Source: Chrysomallon squamiferum
Lineage: Eukaryota > Animalia > Mollusca
Assembly (NCBI GenBank): GCA_012295275.1
Contig: CM022676.1
Location: 13,082,001 to 13,146,000, forward strand
Length of the DNA stretch: 64,000 bases
Reading direction: 5' to 3'
A program made the position numbers and the translations under genes. The notes below the pieces were generated by a model. The model was not told where the DNA came from. It searched no databases and was given only the letters and a program-made list of their open reading frames with translations. Shown here in pieces: positions 1 through 14,236 of this stretch (position 1 is the first letter of the stretch; each line of letters begins with the position of its first letter).

Positions 1-344
1 AATGATTCCGCTTCAATTTGGAAAGTGGGTTTTTGATATAAAAAGAAATAAAACAAAACTTACAATTAAGAAGATAAGCTTTGTAATTCTCTTATATCTG
101 TATTCACTGTTTATTTCATATCAGTTTATTAAATGCATGAGTTTAAATATTTACAATTAACTTGTAACATTTAATGTTGATTGATATTTTGTTAAAAAAT
201 TATCTAAATTAGATGCGAAATACACAGTTACTGATCTATTCTCAAGTGAGTGACATAAAAACGTAAAGAAGTAAACAGCTGTAAATGTTTTGTAAACACC
301 GAAATTTTCAATATATGATTACTGATAAATAACTAAAAAAAATC

Positions 345-541
345 ATGTGAAATGTAATAAATAAAGTGAAATAAATATAGACACTTCAATAGAATGACAG
401 CGCTATGGAAACGTGACACAATAACTTAACCTAGGTAAAGTACAGCTCGTGTACCCGCAAGAAACAAGTTTAGTCACAACATTCGCAATGGCGCTGTTGA
501 GATATTTACTAGTTTCTGTCATGACTGTTAGATACAGCAAG
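345..541 (+). promoter_or_regulatory. Promoter+leader cassette 1 (MALLRYLLVSVMTVRYSK); 54 nt, phase 0, out of frame with the Ig exons
   Basis: ATG 488; ends agcaag|gtaatt vs agcacag|gtaa in intact copies. Upstream block gacagcgct..aaacgtgacaca..cctag..gtacaactcgtgtaccc..aagaaacaagtttagtcacaacattc is shared by all cassettes. Confidence 0.7.
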
Positions 542-651
542 GTAATTTGTATTTATTTATTTATTGATACAAAACATGTTAGATATTACAGATAAAAACC
601 ATGTACTTAAAACATAAGACGGTTATTCAGTCTGTGTCCTAGTTAGAACAG

Positions 652-705
<54 letters not shown>

Positions 706-799
706 TCATTTTTTTTGTCTAATTTTCTTATTTTTATTTTTAGTTTATTATTTTATTTTTTTATTTTCGTGCGTCTTGAAAAGAATGACATTTTCATAC

Positions 800-983
800 T
801 TTAACCGAGACAAAAGTAAACAGATTTATGACAACAGGAGCGCAGTTGAAAACACGTGACACAAACATAACCTAGATCAAGTACAACTCGTGTACCCGGA
901 AGAAACAAGTTTAGTCACAACATTCACAATGGCGATAGTGGGATACTTACTTGTTTCTGTGTCGATTGTTGAATATTGTTTAG
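800..983 (+). promoter_or_regulatory. Promoter+leader cassette 2, intact (MAIVGYLLVSVSIVEYCL-G); likely G1 exon 1
   Basis: ATG 929, 55 nt, phase-1 donor GTAAGT at 984; hydrophobic signal-peptide-like sequence. Confidence 0.75.
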
Positions 984-3777
984 GTAAGTTTTATTGTTAT
1001 TATTTAATTCATACATTAAAACACACATATTAGATATTAGCGATATAAACCATGTACTGACAACCTATTCAATCTGTGACCCGGTTACAGCTAGTTTCGT
1101 GTTGAATTTTAACTTGAAGTTTTATCACTGCGTGTTACATAAACTGTACGACGTATGTATCACAAATGGATTATTAGCAACAGATATTTTATATTTATAC
1201 ACATTCTGATTCTTTTGCATGAAACAGTTCACTGTCTGAGTGATTAATAAATAAATAAACAAATAACGCAATAATATATTCTACTGAAAAGAGACCAAGT
1301 TAAAACAACGTTATTACAATCTAGTAAAAGACAGTGCTCTACAGTTGTAATGAAATGAACCGTGAAAAGCTGTGAGATGGTGTCACTGACAGACACTGCT
1401 GAACTTAACAAGCTACAGGAGAAACACGGGTTAAGAAAGTTAAAGTTAACTCTGTGTTAAAGTCCATATCCTCTCGGATCTCCTTGGCAACCAGTATTTT
1501 AGGAGCGAAGTATTTGCAAAAAACTTTCAGAGATGACTGAAGGAACACTTGGAAACATTGTTAATGAAGAATCACAGCAATGATCTTTGAATTTTCGCTT
1601 TTAAAAGAAGATACAATTTGACGGTTACGGAATGGACTGTGGCTGAGAGGATATGGCAGTGAAGACTAATATTCTATTGGAATATATCGATAAAACATAA
1701 TTGTAGAGTTAACCTTTCACTTCAGTATAATTTAAAATGTAAATTGCAAAACGTTTCAACTACAGAAACAGATGGACGATGAAATAAAAAAATATATATA
1801 CATACATACAATAAACTAAACTAAACTAAACTAAATAAATATAAAAGAAATGAACACAAATATAAGAAAACGTATACTGTTTTGTTATTTTTACACCCAC
1901 CATAACACATTAATACTTGTTATATTCTTAATTCTTTAGATTAGCCTTGTAATTGTCGGCGTTTTCATTAAGAAACTAAACGAATCGAAGAAATTTCTAA
2001 CCATTTTGTGAAATGAATCTAACAGTGTAATGTAATTTTCGTATTACCACATTTGTAAATGTTTAATTAAGAGTGTATTTTCATTGTGCGATTCGTTCAC
2101 TTGTCATAAACAAATTGTGCGGTTTTAATAATATATAGTGATAAAGCTTTATCTAAAGTTTTAAAACCAGCTCTAATCAGCAGAGAGACTGAATAGAGGT
2201 GTTACACCGTTATTAATCCTATTATCGGTAATAATTCAAAACATTTTTGTTATTATTATTATTATTTTTTTTTTTTTTTTTATCAACCGAAAATTAAAAC
2301 CAAAAGTTTACCTGGACACTAACTAACAATCAAGACAAAAACAAGTAAATATCTCAGCATTGTCAGAGTCTCGCCATTGTGAATGTTGTGACTAAACTTT
2401 GTTTCTACCGGGTGTCCAGATTATCTTCCTGTCTCATGTTTTCACTACGGCGTTGTCACTGTGTAAAAGCGTCTACTATTTTCCCTATATTATTTATTTC
2501 ACTTTATTTGTTATTTAACGCCACATTAACGGCGCTAATAGGATTCTTACTTGTTTCTGTCATGACTGTTAGATACAGTGTGGGTAAGTTACTGAAAGTG
2601 TTAGATTAATAGTGTGACACCAGTATATAATCGTAGCAACTTCAGCGGAATCTTTTCGAAATTGTTCGAGACTTTAAGCTATAAATAGCGAACATAATTT
2701 TCATGTGTTGAGAACGACACAGAACTAAACTAGATGATTATCATGAAAGATATCAAATTCTTCCTTGATGTATTTTCAACGTTTTCAAGTTGAATTGAAG
2801 ATAAGATTTCCCTCATATAAAAGCATATTGTATAATTATAACAAAACCAAAATTGTTTTTATTTTGGTCTTCTCTTTGCAACATTCAGTGGTTTTTGACA
2901 AGCGCTAATTCCAGCAAAAGAAGATCTCTATTATAATGAAAGTTTCTCTGTTATTTATCGTACCAGGATTTGTTCACGTGCATGTGAATTTAATAATGTC
3001 ATATTATTATACAAATAGAAACACGTTTTACTGGGCGAATGTCATAAATGTAGTAAGTGATATAAGATGAAAAGAAATCAAGTGACAAATAGAAAGTATA
3101 CAGTATACCAAAAAGTAAATTTAAAAACTAAATTTGGTAATTTTGCTATCTTACTTCAACGAAAGAAAATAATAAACTTAATGTGGCGCAAAATAACAAA
3201 TAAAGTGAAATAAATAATATAGGAAAAATAGTAGACGCTTTTACAAAGTGACAGCACCGTAGCAAAAACATGACACAACAAAATGATCTGGACACCCGGA
3301 AGAAACAAGTTTAGTCAAAGCATTCAGAATGTAAAACCTTTATTCAGTTTCTCTGCTGATTAGAGCTGGTTTTAGGTTAAAACGTAGAGATTTCGTTATA
3401 TTTCTGGATAATCTGATGGAATTTCGAGTATGTTCCAAGTGCGCGACAATTATTTCGTTCCAGGGATTTAATGAATACAGAATTATGATCATCATCAATG
3501 TCATCATTATTATTATCATTATTATTATTATTATTATTTTCATAACAATTTTCATAATTATTATTCGTTTGTTGTCTGTAGTTTGTTTTTTCGTTTCTTC
3601 GATGTGCTTCTTGCTACCTGTTTAACGTATTCCAGTCTGTTTGTGTGCAGTTCAGTTATATTCATGGATCTGGCATGTATCCCGCCATAAATTCAAAATT
3701 CGGGAGAATTTATAAGGCATCTCTCACCGTTCTTTAGATGTTTAATATTCTATCCGTTCCCATAGTGTCTTCTTCTT

Positions 3778-3808
<31 letters not shown>

Positions 3809-5359
3809 TTATTATTATTATTATTATTATTACTAATTTTTGTTTCACCACTGAAATAATAATGATATGATTGAAATGGTCTCTGTAGTACCCACTTGCC
3901 TCGTTCTTATTTTATTTAATAGTTAACACTAGGCCGAATAATTTTATATGAGATAGAAGTAGTCCCGTTATAGACTTTATAGTAGCGATAGCACTGTAGC
4001 ATGACATAACAAAATAATCTGGACGCCTGGAAAAAACAAGTTTAGTCACAACATTCACAAAGGCGCTGTTTAGATGTTTACTTGTTTCTGTCGTCATTAT
4101 AAGACAGAGTAAATTATTTAAATCGTTAGATTTATGATAAACCAAAAAAGCCATCATGACTGTGCTGAAGTTTTAAAACTTTAATCAACCAGTTTTCTGT
4201 ATAAAGTTAGATAACATTTCTTAAATTGAACTTACTCGATATACGATTCAGTTGCAGTGTGACGTTATCAACGCACGATTATAATATCTTCACTCGACAT
4301 TTAAACAATGATGATGACGATGGTGATATCGATATTTCCACAAAAAGGACTGTAACTCACGTCAGGCGTAGTTTCAGTTTTCTCATTACATGGAGAGAAG
4401 CTGTAAAAAATATAATAATAAATATGTAAAACGAAAAGTCATCAAGCGAAGAACAGTGAGAAAGAGACACTAGCAAAATAATCAATTAACAATTAAATTT
4501 TATTTTTAAAATATTCTCTGCAATAATAAAAAAATAAAACCAAAAAAAAAAAAAAAATAACAAAATAAAATAGAATAAAATAAATTATCTATTATAAGCT
4601 ATATTATTACGGATAATCGATTTTATTACTCGAAATATAAATGAAAATATTGGAAAATGTCTATAATAATTTAATTAAATCCAACCTTTTTCTGTTCAAT
4701 TTGTGAAGCAGGTGCTTTGTGTGTTCTTTATATAGGAGTCATGTTTACTGTGTTAAAGATAACTCTGTGCCTTTTTCGACAACGGCCGAAACTTTCAGTT
4801 GCCTCGTTTTCTGTTGTAGGGTTAGAACAGAAAGGCCATATTCTCTTTCCAAACTTATAATCGTAACTATTTTAACACAAGAAATGAGGCAGTTTTATGT
4901 CGTTAAGGTTTTTATGTTGTGCAGTTTAAATGGCATCAACATCGGACGCATAAATAGGATTTTTGTGGATAAGTTCTTGCTTTTCTCCTTTAAATGTACA
5001 CAACTCAAGCCACCCGACATTACCAGACAAAACTACTATAGAGCACTCAGTGATGATTCGGTAATATTCTGTAATTGCGATTTTCCATATCTAATTTTGA
5101 ATATTGCCTTATGTGAAAACTACCAGAGATAATAACTTAACATTTTCAACAAGAACAGACAATATCCGTGTATTTAAGCACTCACTATCACAACTTATCT
5201 TTAGAATGATTAATCTTTAGCTGGAACAAGGAAATGTAAAAAAAAAAAAAAAAAAAACATTTTTTTTTCTTCTAAAACTAAATTTTTAGACAGAAATAAT
5301 CCTTTATATTTTTCGTCCTCTCATTTTTAATTATTTATTTATCTAATATTCATTTATTA

Positions 5360-5414
<55 letters not shown>

Positions 5415-5741
5415 TTACTACAGTCATCTGATTTAGTACGGGAACTGGTTTTACTCGATATTAGATATATTTTCAAGTACATTCTAGTGGTGTTATCTTT
5501 GTTCCATTTAAGTTACATCATCAAAGAAATTGACTCGAGGTATTTTACTAAGCAATTTATATTTCATTTAAACGATGATATTGGCTTCAGATTCCTTATC
5601 CGACATGTTTTGTTTTGTTTTGTTTTTTCCCATCGGAATTAAAAATCTGAGAAGATATATATATATATATACACACACATCTTTTTTTTTTTTTTTTTTT
5701 TTTTGTATTTTAAGATTTAGTAGTTTTGAATAAATAATCGC

Positions 5742-5784
<43 letters not shown>

Positions 5785-6234
5785 GAAAAGAAAAAAGACA
5801 GAAAAAGCCATTTAATGAAAATCTGTCTTCATTATATCATTTTATCACTTAATTTATTGTATTTACTTACTTACTTACTTACTTATTTCCAACTAGGAAA
5901 TGGAATTCTTGCAACAAACAAGAACATAGCAGTTGTTGGTCAACCTCTTACTTTGACGTACACAAGTGATAATGACAACATTACCAAGTCTGTGAATTTT
6001 AAGAGGAATTTATTCATAAAAGGATTATGCAAATCACTGTCAGATGGTGGACTTTGTGGTTCTGGAGCTCCTGGAATCAGTGTAACAAGACAATCTGCAA
6101 ATGTTATAACTTTGAAGATTTCATCTTTCAGTGAAACAAAACATGCAGGAACGTGGACAGTTGAAGAAAACAGTATCTTTTCAAATGAAATCATTTTAAC
6201 ACCTCCCTTTGCTAGTAAGTCAGACATACAGCTT

Positions 6235-6284
<50 letters not shown>

Positions 6285-9200
6285 TACACACATAGACAGA
6301 CACACAGAGTAAATGAATAAAAAAAGTATGATTATTAAGGACTAAATATATAATTTGCATCATAAAGCTTATTTTAATGTACAGCTGTTTTAAAGTTTCT
6401 TTCCATACTAAAGACAAAATATGTATTAGATGAGTTAAATTACAATCCTTATTTAAGTACATATTTAATTAATGCCAAACGAAAAGAGTGTAAATATAAA
6501 CTGAAATCTGAGAAAATATTTACTGAAGGTACTGGATTAGTTGTGGTTTGTTCAGGAAGGAGTAGTTTGGAAACTGTAATAAAAGTCATAAAATATTGAC
6601 GATTTTGTTCCTCCAAGAAATATTAGAAATGTCAGTTTATTTTCTGTTGAGTTTGCATAATAACTATCTAACAATTCTACATACCCTGCCTTAACACGTT
6701 TCAAATATTGAAAGTTATAACTGTAAAAAGAATAAGACATCTTTACTATGTTCGGCTTATTGTTTATAAATTGTTCACACTGGTAAATAAAATTTGTGAA
6801 AGTTTAATAAAATGTACAAAACGGAAATTCAGCAATGTTAATCGTACTTTTGTTTTCTTACTCAAGCTTAACATTTAATATTATTCACTCAAGGACAGGT
6901 ACAAAGATTAAATTTTAGACTTTTTAAAATAATTTTCACATCTTGCCCATCTAGCTATGAGAGAACTTTCACATTTATTAATGGAAAAAACATTAAAATC
7001 TGATATATATCATTTAAAAAATACCACATTCTACGTTTCTAAAATTTAGAAAGGATTTTCACAAGATTGTTTTTGTCCTATGCATCGCTGAATGGTATTG
7101 TTATAAGAACACCTCAAGATGTGTAAAACTTTAACAGTAGTGATTTGCAAATATTTTTACTTATTTTTCACCCTGTAATCTGTCTTTGTGTAGAACACGA
7201 TTATTCACCCCAACATTTTGAAAATAACTACATTATGCTAAGACAAAATTAAGATTTCATGATCAAATTTAAATATATGGATTTTGGTTTTAAAAGGTAA
7301 CAGAGCATCATTAAACTTTATTCAAGAGAATTAGCAATACATTTATTTCTTGTATTTTGTGTTTTCTCAATTATGTAAAAAAAGAAAAAATAAATAACAT
7401 AAAGAAATTGTTTTAAGAGCTGTGATATATACATACATATAGTGTATTAGCAGTACTTTTCAGATTAAATTTCTGTATTTCTTTTTAGCTGTTGTTGATA
7501 CGTCTGTGATTAATTTCACTGATGCGTGTCCAGTGCAGACAGACACTGATTGTCGGACAGAGTTTTCTCTCACCATAACGACTGGCTGTGCTTACCCAGC
7601 TGTCAACATCTCCTGGAAGTTTACTGATAAAACTTCTGTGGTAAATCAGCTTCCTGGAAAGATTAAACACAGATTTAAATGTTTCAGTGATGGAATTTAT
7701 AAAGGGAAAATTAATCATGTTTTTTTAATCATGTTTGTGATACAACATTTATTTTAAATAATACCGTATAAAGAAAAAGACATTGACTGGTACAAGTTTA
7801 AGTCCAACGTGTCAAGTAAACCAGAGAATAACGCTAGTGCAGGTTTTTGAGTTTTAATAAGGATGGTAGTAACTACAAAACAATTACACCGAAAGCTTTT
7901 TTTTTTCTCTAATAAATATTTTGTATTAATGTTGGTATCTTTCTGTTGGCCAAATCTGATCAGACTTATCCATAGTAAGTCCGGTAAATACTGTAAAATA
8001 AACTGAATATTTTTAAAGCAGTTTCCTACATTTTACGATTTCTACACCAAATGTGTTTATCATGCCATAACTCCTGTTACCTTTGATGAATCCAATATTA
8101 TGATACATGACAAGAAAACACAAATGCAGCTCTTTCCATTTTCCCAAAAAGCAACCAATTTTAATTTATTTATTTAATATAATATTTATATTTGAGAACT
8201 TGATACCAGTTACTGCAATAGATAGTAATTATTGTACAATTACACTAGTATTTATAACAACACACTTTTGTTTTCATTTCATCATTATATTAGTTAAAGG
8301 AAAAAACTGATAATGATATTTCCATCTTATTTTTCTGTTTAAGAATTTGACTCCAGTTACTGCAACATACAGTAATGGCTGTACAAGTCCACAAGTTAAA
8401 ACTGTTGCCAGGCTGACTATGAATTATTTAACTGTACAAGGAAAAGTTAATGTCACCACTCACTTGATTCATCCATCTTTTAATAATGATGTCTGTAACA
8501 AGTTTATCTGTACTGCTCACTTTCCAGGTAAGTAAAGATTAAATATCTAAACTATTCTGTATTTTCATTAGTTGAAGTAAATGTAAATATAGTTTTGCAA
8601 GTTTCATGTATGCACAATAAGATATAATTAATTACTGATATATATTTATGAAGTTACTTAATATCTAAAATATTTATTTTGGTTTTGTAATTATTATGTA
8701 TGAATGAATAAATAAATAAATAAACAAATAAACAAATAAGTAACATTTTATTAAATGCTCAGTGCGACAAAGTAATTTTTTATTTTTTTTTATTTACAAC
8801 AGTTCAAGTAAAAGAGGTGACACAATTAAACATCAGTTCACACAAAGATAAAATACAAATCAGAGAAGGTTTTGTCTCTCACACATGTGTCACGTCACCT
8901 AGCAACCCAATCCCGTCTGTTTACTGGTACAAGAATAATCAACAGATACACACAGGAATCACCAACATAAATATCACATCAGGTGACCTGACTGTAAGAA
9001 AGAGTTCTGTGTCACTCACACTGACTGAGTCAGATGATGGACACAGTGTTTACTGCAAGGCAGGGATTCCTGGACAAACTCTTGTAACATCCAACACTGG
9101 AATACTTGATGTGTGGTGTAAGACTTTTAACATTAGAAATTTTAAAAGTGTTTAAATAACTAAATAATTTCTAAGTTATCTTCTTAATTTTATTTGTAAA

Positions 9201-12200
9201 AGAATATAAAATTTAACTTACATTGTTAATACATATTTAACACGGTGAACAATTTATTATTATTCAACTCGTCTTTAAGTATGTTTCTTTACTGCTTCTT
9301 TTCCTGATCCAGTTTTCAGAAATATCATTTACAATTCTAAATATTTCACTAATTGATTACATTTTACAGATGGTCCATCACAGAATGGTGTCAATGTCAG
9401 TTTTACAAATGAACAAATTGCTGTTCAAGGACGACCTTTGACCTTGACCTGTAGAATACTGGCAGCTGTTAAACCAGATGTGGATTTCGTCTGGAAGTTT
9501 AAAGATGGAACACATATTAATGGAACAAAGGGAGATAAACACAGTTCATCTGGAAACACTTGGTCTCAAACATTAACACTGACACCCAGAAGAGCACAGA
9601 AAGGGAAGACAATCCTGTGTACTGTGAGGAACACACATACACAGACTGAGTCTACAGGAGAAAAGTTTCTGGATGTGAAATGTAAGTTTATAAAGCATTA
9701 GTCTTAGAGATAATACATATTTATTTTGTAATGATTTAAATTAAAAATAATAAAAATAAAAATAAATAAATAAAAATAATTATTTTAAAAATAAAATAAA
9801 AAATCACATAAATATTTGTGATTTCAGATCCACCAAGTTCATCTCCAGTTGTTTCAGGAACAACATTTCCTGTGTTTGAGGGTGACACTGTCACACTGAA
9901 CTGTTCTACAACTGGCGGAAACCCAAAACCAAATCTGAACTGGACATGTTATAATCCGGTACACTGCTCTGACAGAGAAGAAACCAGAACATGTACAATA
10001 TCTTTCATAGCTAACAGGACTCAGAATAACAAAGTGTGTGAGTGTGTTTCTAGTTGGAAGTATGGTGACTACAATGAGAGGAAAAGCAGAAACTTGACTA
10101 TTTACTGTAAGTAATTTTGGATTGTTTATAATTTATACACATATCAACATACTTTACTGGGTGGGTTCAGAATTAGCTTACACAAATATATACAATGCTT
10201 CTGTAATCACATGAAATATCTTTCTGGTTCTGTTTGTTTTATTCATGTTTAACAAATTAGAGAGCCTCTTAAAATCTGTCACAAATTATACAAAAAACAA
10301 CATAATTAGTTCACTGATTTATTTAATTTTTATATATATAATTTATGTTAGATAAATATAATTCATTTCCCTATTTCCTCTCTTCTGTCTAGACTAGTAA
10401 TGAAGGATTAATTAAACTTAATATTGCAGATATAACACAGTGACTGGTAACTATCAGACTGTAATAATGTTTTACCTTTTGGTAATTCTTTTGTAAAATC
10501 AAACAGTTGGCTTAAATTTACAGGTCTGTTTCTCATGAGTGGGAAATGAATTAAATGCCAAATTTCTTTTTTTTCTCAATAGTTTAGAAAACACCACAGT
10601 TTCAATGAAGAATGTTCAGACCCTGGTTTCTCTGCAGCCCATGAGTCATTGATCAAATTGTTAAATTTTTATAACACTGAGCTTGAATTTGTGAATTAAA
10701 CTTTTATAATGTTGCTAGGTTAAAAACAATAAATTCTTTGAAATAATTGTAATAACGACTTCCTTTTTTGTGGTAATAAATACTTTTGAATTATAATTAT
10801 AAATACATTTTTATTCCATTCACACTGTGAAAGAAAATAATGATAACAATTTTAAAAACTTACAGATAGCAATAATATGTGTATATTTTACTGCTTATTT
10901 ATCTGAAAAAAAAATACACATTTACCTCAATTAAAAAGGGAATTTTTTATAGATCCTCCAAGCAGACCAACACTTTCATCAGATCCTGAACAGCCATGGC
11001 TAGAAAACACAGGAGGCTCTTTGATTTGTTCTTTACCTGACAGTGGTAAAGGAAATCCAGCAGCTCAGGTTTACTGGATTAGAAATGGATCTGACGTACA
11101 ACACACAGGATTTAACTTGTCACTGACACCTACAAAGGAAGACAATAGAGTCTGGTACAAATGTACAGCTGGGAATCTCTTCACAGACAGAACTGGACAA
11201 CACAGACCTGAATCTAATAAGATAGACTTAAACATTTACTGTAAGATGTTTCATTTTAATTTGAGAAATATAACATTTTGTCTTTTCAGCCTGCTATGTT
11301 TCCTATAGAACTAATAGAATAAAAAATCATTAGTTTGTTAAAAAGTAAGATCTAAATGATATCAGTAACTTTCTAATCTGTTTTTAAAAGTTATGACAGG
11401 ACAACACGTGTAAGAAATAAACAGAAATTTAATGTTTAAAAAAGATGTATATATATATATATATATATATATTGAAAGATCTTATCTCTTTGTCATCAAA
11501 GTAGATTTGTTGCTTGTTTAGATTTAATTTTATTATTTCAATGAGTTAATATTTTAGATTATCCCAGAATCAAAGTCAAGTTTTCAAAATCAGGAATTCA
11601 TAAAGAAGGTGATAACCTGACCTTGACCTGTACATCAGACAGCAATCCTAGTCCAGCTGTACTGAAGTGGACATTTGGTGGACAAGAGCTGGTTAATACT
11701 GGAAAGTTAATTTTAACAAACTTGAATAGAATAAATCATGGTAATTACACATGTGAAGCAAACGTCACCACTAAAGAATACGGAAACCTTGTAAAGTCAC
11801 GTGACACTGAAGTTGTTGTCAACTGTAAGTATCAGTTTGTACTGTCTCTCAACTTGTACCAGTTTATTAAAACAAATTAACAATATTATTTTATCTTTAG
11901 AGTAAAACAATACATTTTTAGAAATATTTCTTAACAGATGCTCCAGACATCACTTTTGATTCACTGAATACAACAGAAAACAACACTGTAAGTATTACGT
12001 GTTTTGCTGATGGTCGTCCTGACAACATGAAGTTTACAAGTTTTAAACATTACTGGAATGGAGTATTTATAGAGGATGTTAGTGGAGTTGTTGTTGGAAA
12101 CAGTCAGTACAGACTGATGTTTAAATCTGCTACATATGAAGATGGAGGAATGTACACTTGTAGTGTACAGAACGGAATTACAGACAGATTTGGAAAATTG

Positions 12201-12888
12201 AGTCAAACCAAATCTGCTGATATTTATGTAAAAGGTTTAGTATAGTTCTATTAGTTGTAATTTCATTTTGCTGATTACAGAGACTGAAATAGACAATCTA
12301 ATAAAACTCTTACTAATAAATTTTAGTGTGTAAAATATTGATGATTATCAGTATACTCAACCCTCCATTTAATGGACAAACATTGGATGGATTTTGGAAA
12401 ATGTGGGCAAAAAATCTGGTAAATGTACAAATAAGCTCAAATCTCAGCTGACTCTAAATGAATTACAGGATCACGCAGAACCAGTTCAATCTACTGCCCA
12501 TCAGAGTTTTTAAAATCTGTTATTTTAAAGTAAATTTAGTTCTGTATATTATTCTACATTGCTAATATTAATATTTGTGCTATTTCTGACAGCCATTCCA
12601 AAATCTGGATTTTCCTTTTTCAATGCAAAATTTACCACTTTTTTGTGTGTTAAATGGAGGGTTGACTGTCTACAGATTGCCAAAGCCTTGAAAGTTTCCA
12701 TATTATAAATTACTTCTGATGTGTACTCAATAAGTTAAATATTTTAGAATCAGAAATTAAATAATAACTAAATTCAAAAATTGAGTTCTAAATTAAAAGT
12801 TATTTCTGATCTCTTTATTATCTATAATAATGAAAATGTACATAATTATTCTAAATTATTACTATTGTTATTATTATTATTATTATTA

Positions 12889-12924
<36 letters not shown>

Positions 12925-14193
12925 GTATAGCAACACCAAAGATCGCTATGGAGACCAAGGCAGACAGTATCCTGGGAGCTGAGATTGGAAAACCTGTCAG
13001 ACTAATCAAATCTGTGTTTTCCAAGCCAAACTTCACAATATTTGGTTGGAGTAACTTTGATAATCAAACAAATTATAATAACACAGATGTAGTACAGGAA
13101 AATGTTACACTACAAATACACAGCAAAACTGTAACAGATTCTGGTTACACGTTTTCTCTCAGTATCAGTCATTTTACTGAAGATGACATTGGAACATACA
13201 AACTGACTGTCTGTAATGAAGTTGGATGTTCTCAGTTTTCTGTGAACCTAACTGGAGCAGGTCCACCTCTTCCTCCTAAAGAGTTCCAACAAGAAAGAGA
13301 ATCAACATCACACACATTGTTCTTGTCATGGCTACCTAACTACCCAGGTGGTCATTTCAAACAAAGATTTATACTGCAGTACAAACCACAAAGTGACTCT
13401 AACTGGATTACTTGGAAAAGTAAATGGTTTGATGACTCTACACAAGGACAAAAGTGTTTTATAACATCACCAGTCTCAAAGACAAAACAGTTTATGATGT
13501 GAGAATTTCAGCTGAAAACACAAGAACTTCAGACAATATGAGCAATTACGTCATCTTTCAAGTAATTACAAAAGGTTATCTGCTATTAAATTTAATTCAA
13601 ACGAAAATTATTTTGTTACTAGTAGTACCAGTAGTAAAATAAAATAAAATATGTATAAAAACGATGAAAATAAATACGTATGAAATATTTATATGTTCTA
13701 CAATTTGTCAATATAAATATATATAGCTTTATAGTTAAATCATTTAATTGAATTTTATCATGTTTGCTAATATTGAATTTATAACCTTTTTATATTTTAT
13801 TTCAGTTACAGAGTATATACGTATTAGTGTATTTCTGTTTATACAGCTCTGAGTGTAAGATTGTATGTGTGTTTTAGTGTATCTCTATTCGAATGAGTAT
13901 ATTTATTTTCTTGTGTTACAGAATTTTATTCAATTTCAGTGGAAGCATCTTACAATGATCATCGAGCTATTTCATTCATTTCCATGTAATATTTATCACT
14001 CTTCTCTCTTCTGATTTTAGTCTAATCCAATCACACATCTGAAAGGTTTTCTTTCTTTCTACTAACATTAGAAATTGTCTTAACAAGCAGGTGGAAAATT
14101 ATATATATATACAGTGGTACCTTGACTTACGAGTTTAATTCGTTTCATGACCGAGCTTGAGTTGGGGTACTCGTAAGTTGAGGTAACCCTGGG

Positions 14194-14236
<43 letters not shown>

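Larger units (their letters stand above)
1..1200 (+). repeat. Intergenic/promoter module repeated at ~27630-28800 and ~36337-37745
   Basis: atgattccgcttca..ttgga start and paired MALLRY/MAIVGY cassettes in all three copies. Confidence 0.9.

Noticed and set aside
1330-1720. Higher-complexity stretch resembling decayed coding or TE sequence
   Set aside because: No sustained reading frame or recognisable motif; cannot be classified without a database search.
345-4112. Cassette repeats as a CRISPR array or SINE/tRNA
   Set aside because: Eukaryotic context, irregular kb-scale spacing, no A/B boxes or poly-A tail; the unit ends in an ATG-leader-GT exon.
4719-5132. 137-aa ORF in G1 intron 1
   Set aside because: GTG start, no recognisable domain or paralogue in the other genes; possibly decayed TE sequence.
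5940-6305. Minus-strand ORFs overlapping Ig exons (also 7485, 11961, 29754, 32808, 38549, 50868, 52903, 53420)
   Set aside because: Antisense shadows of the + strand exons.
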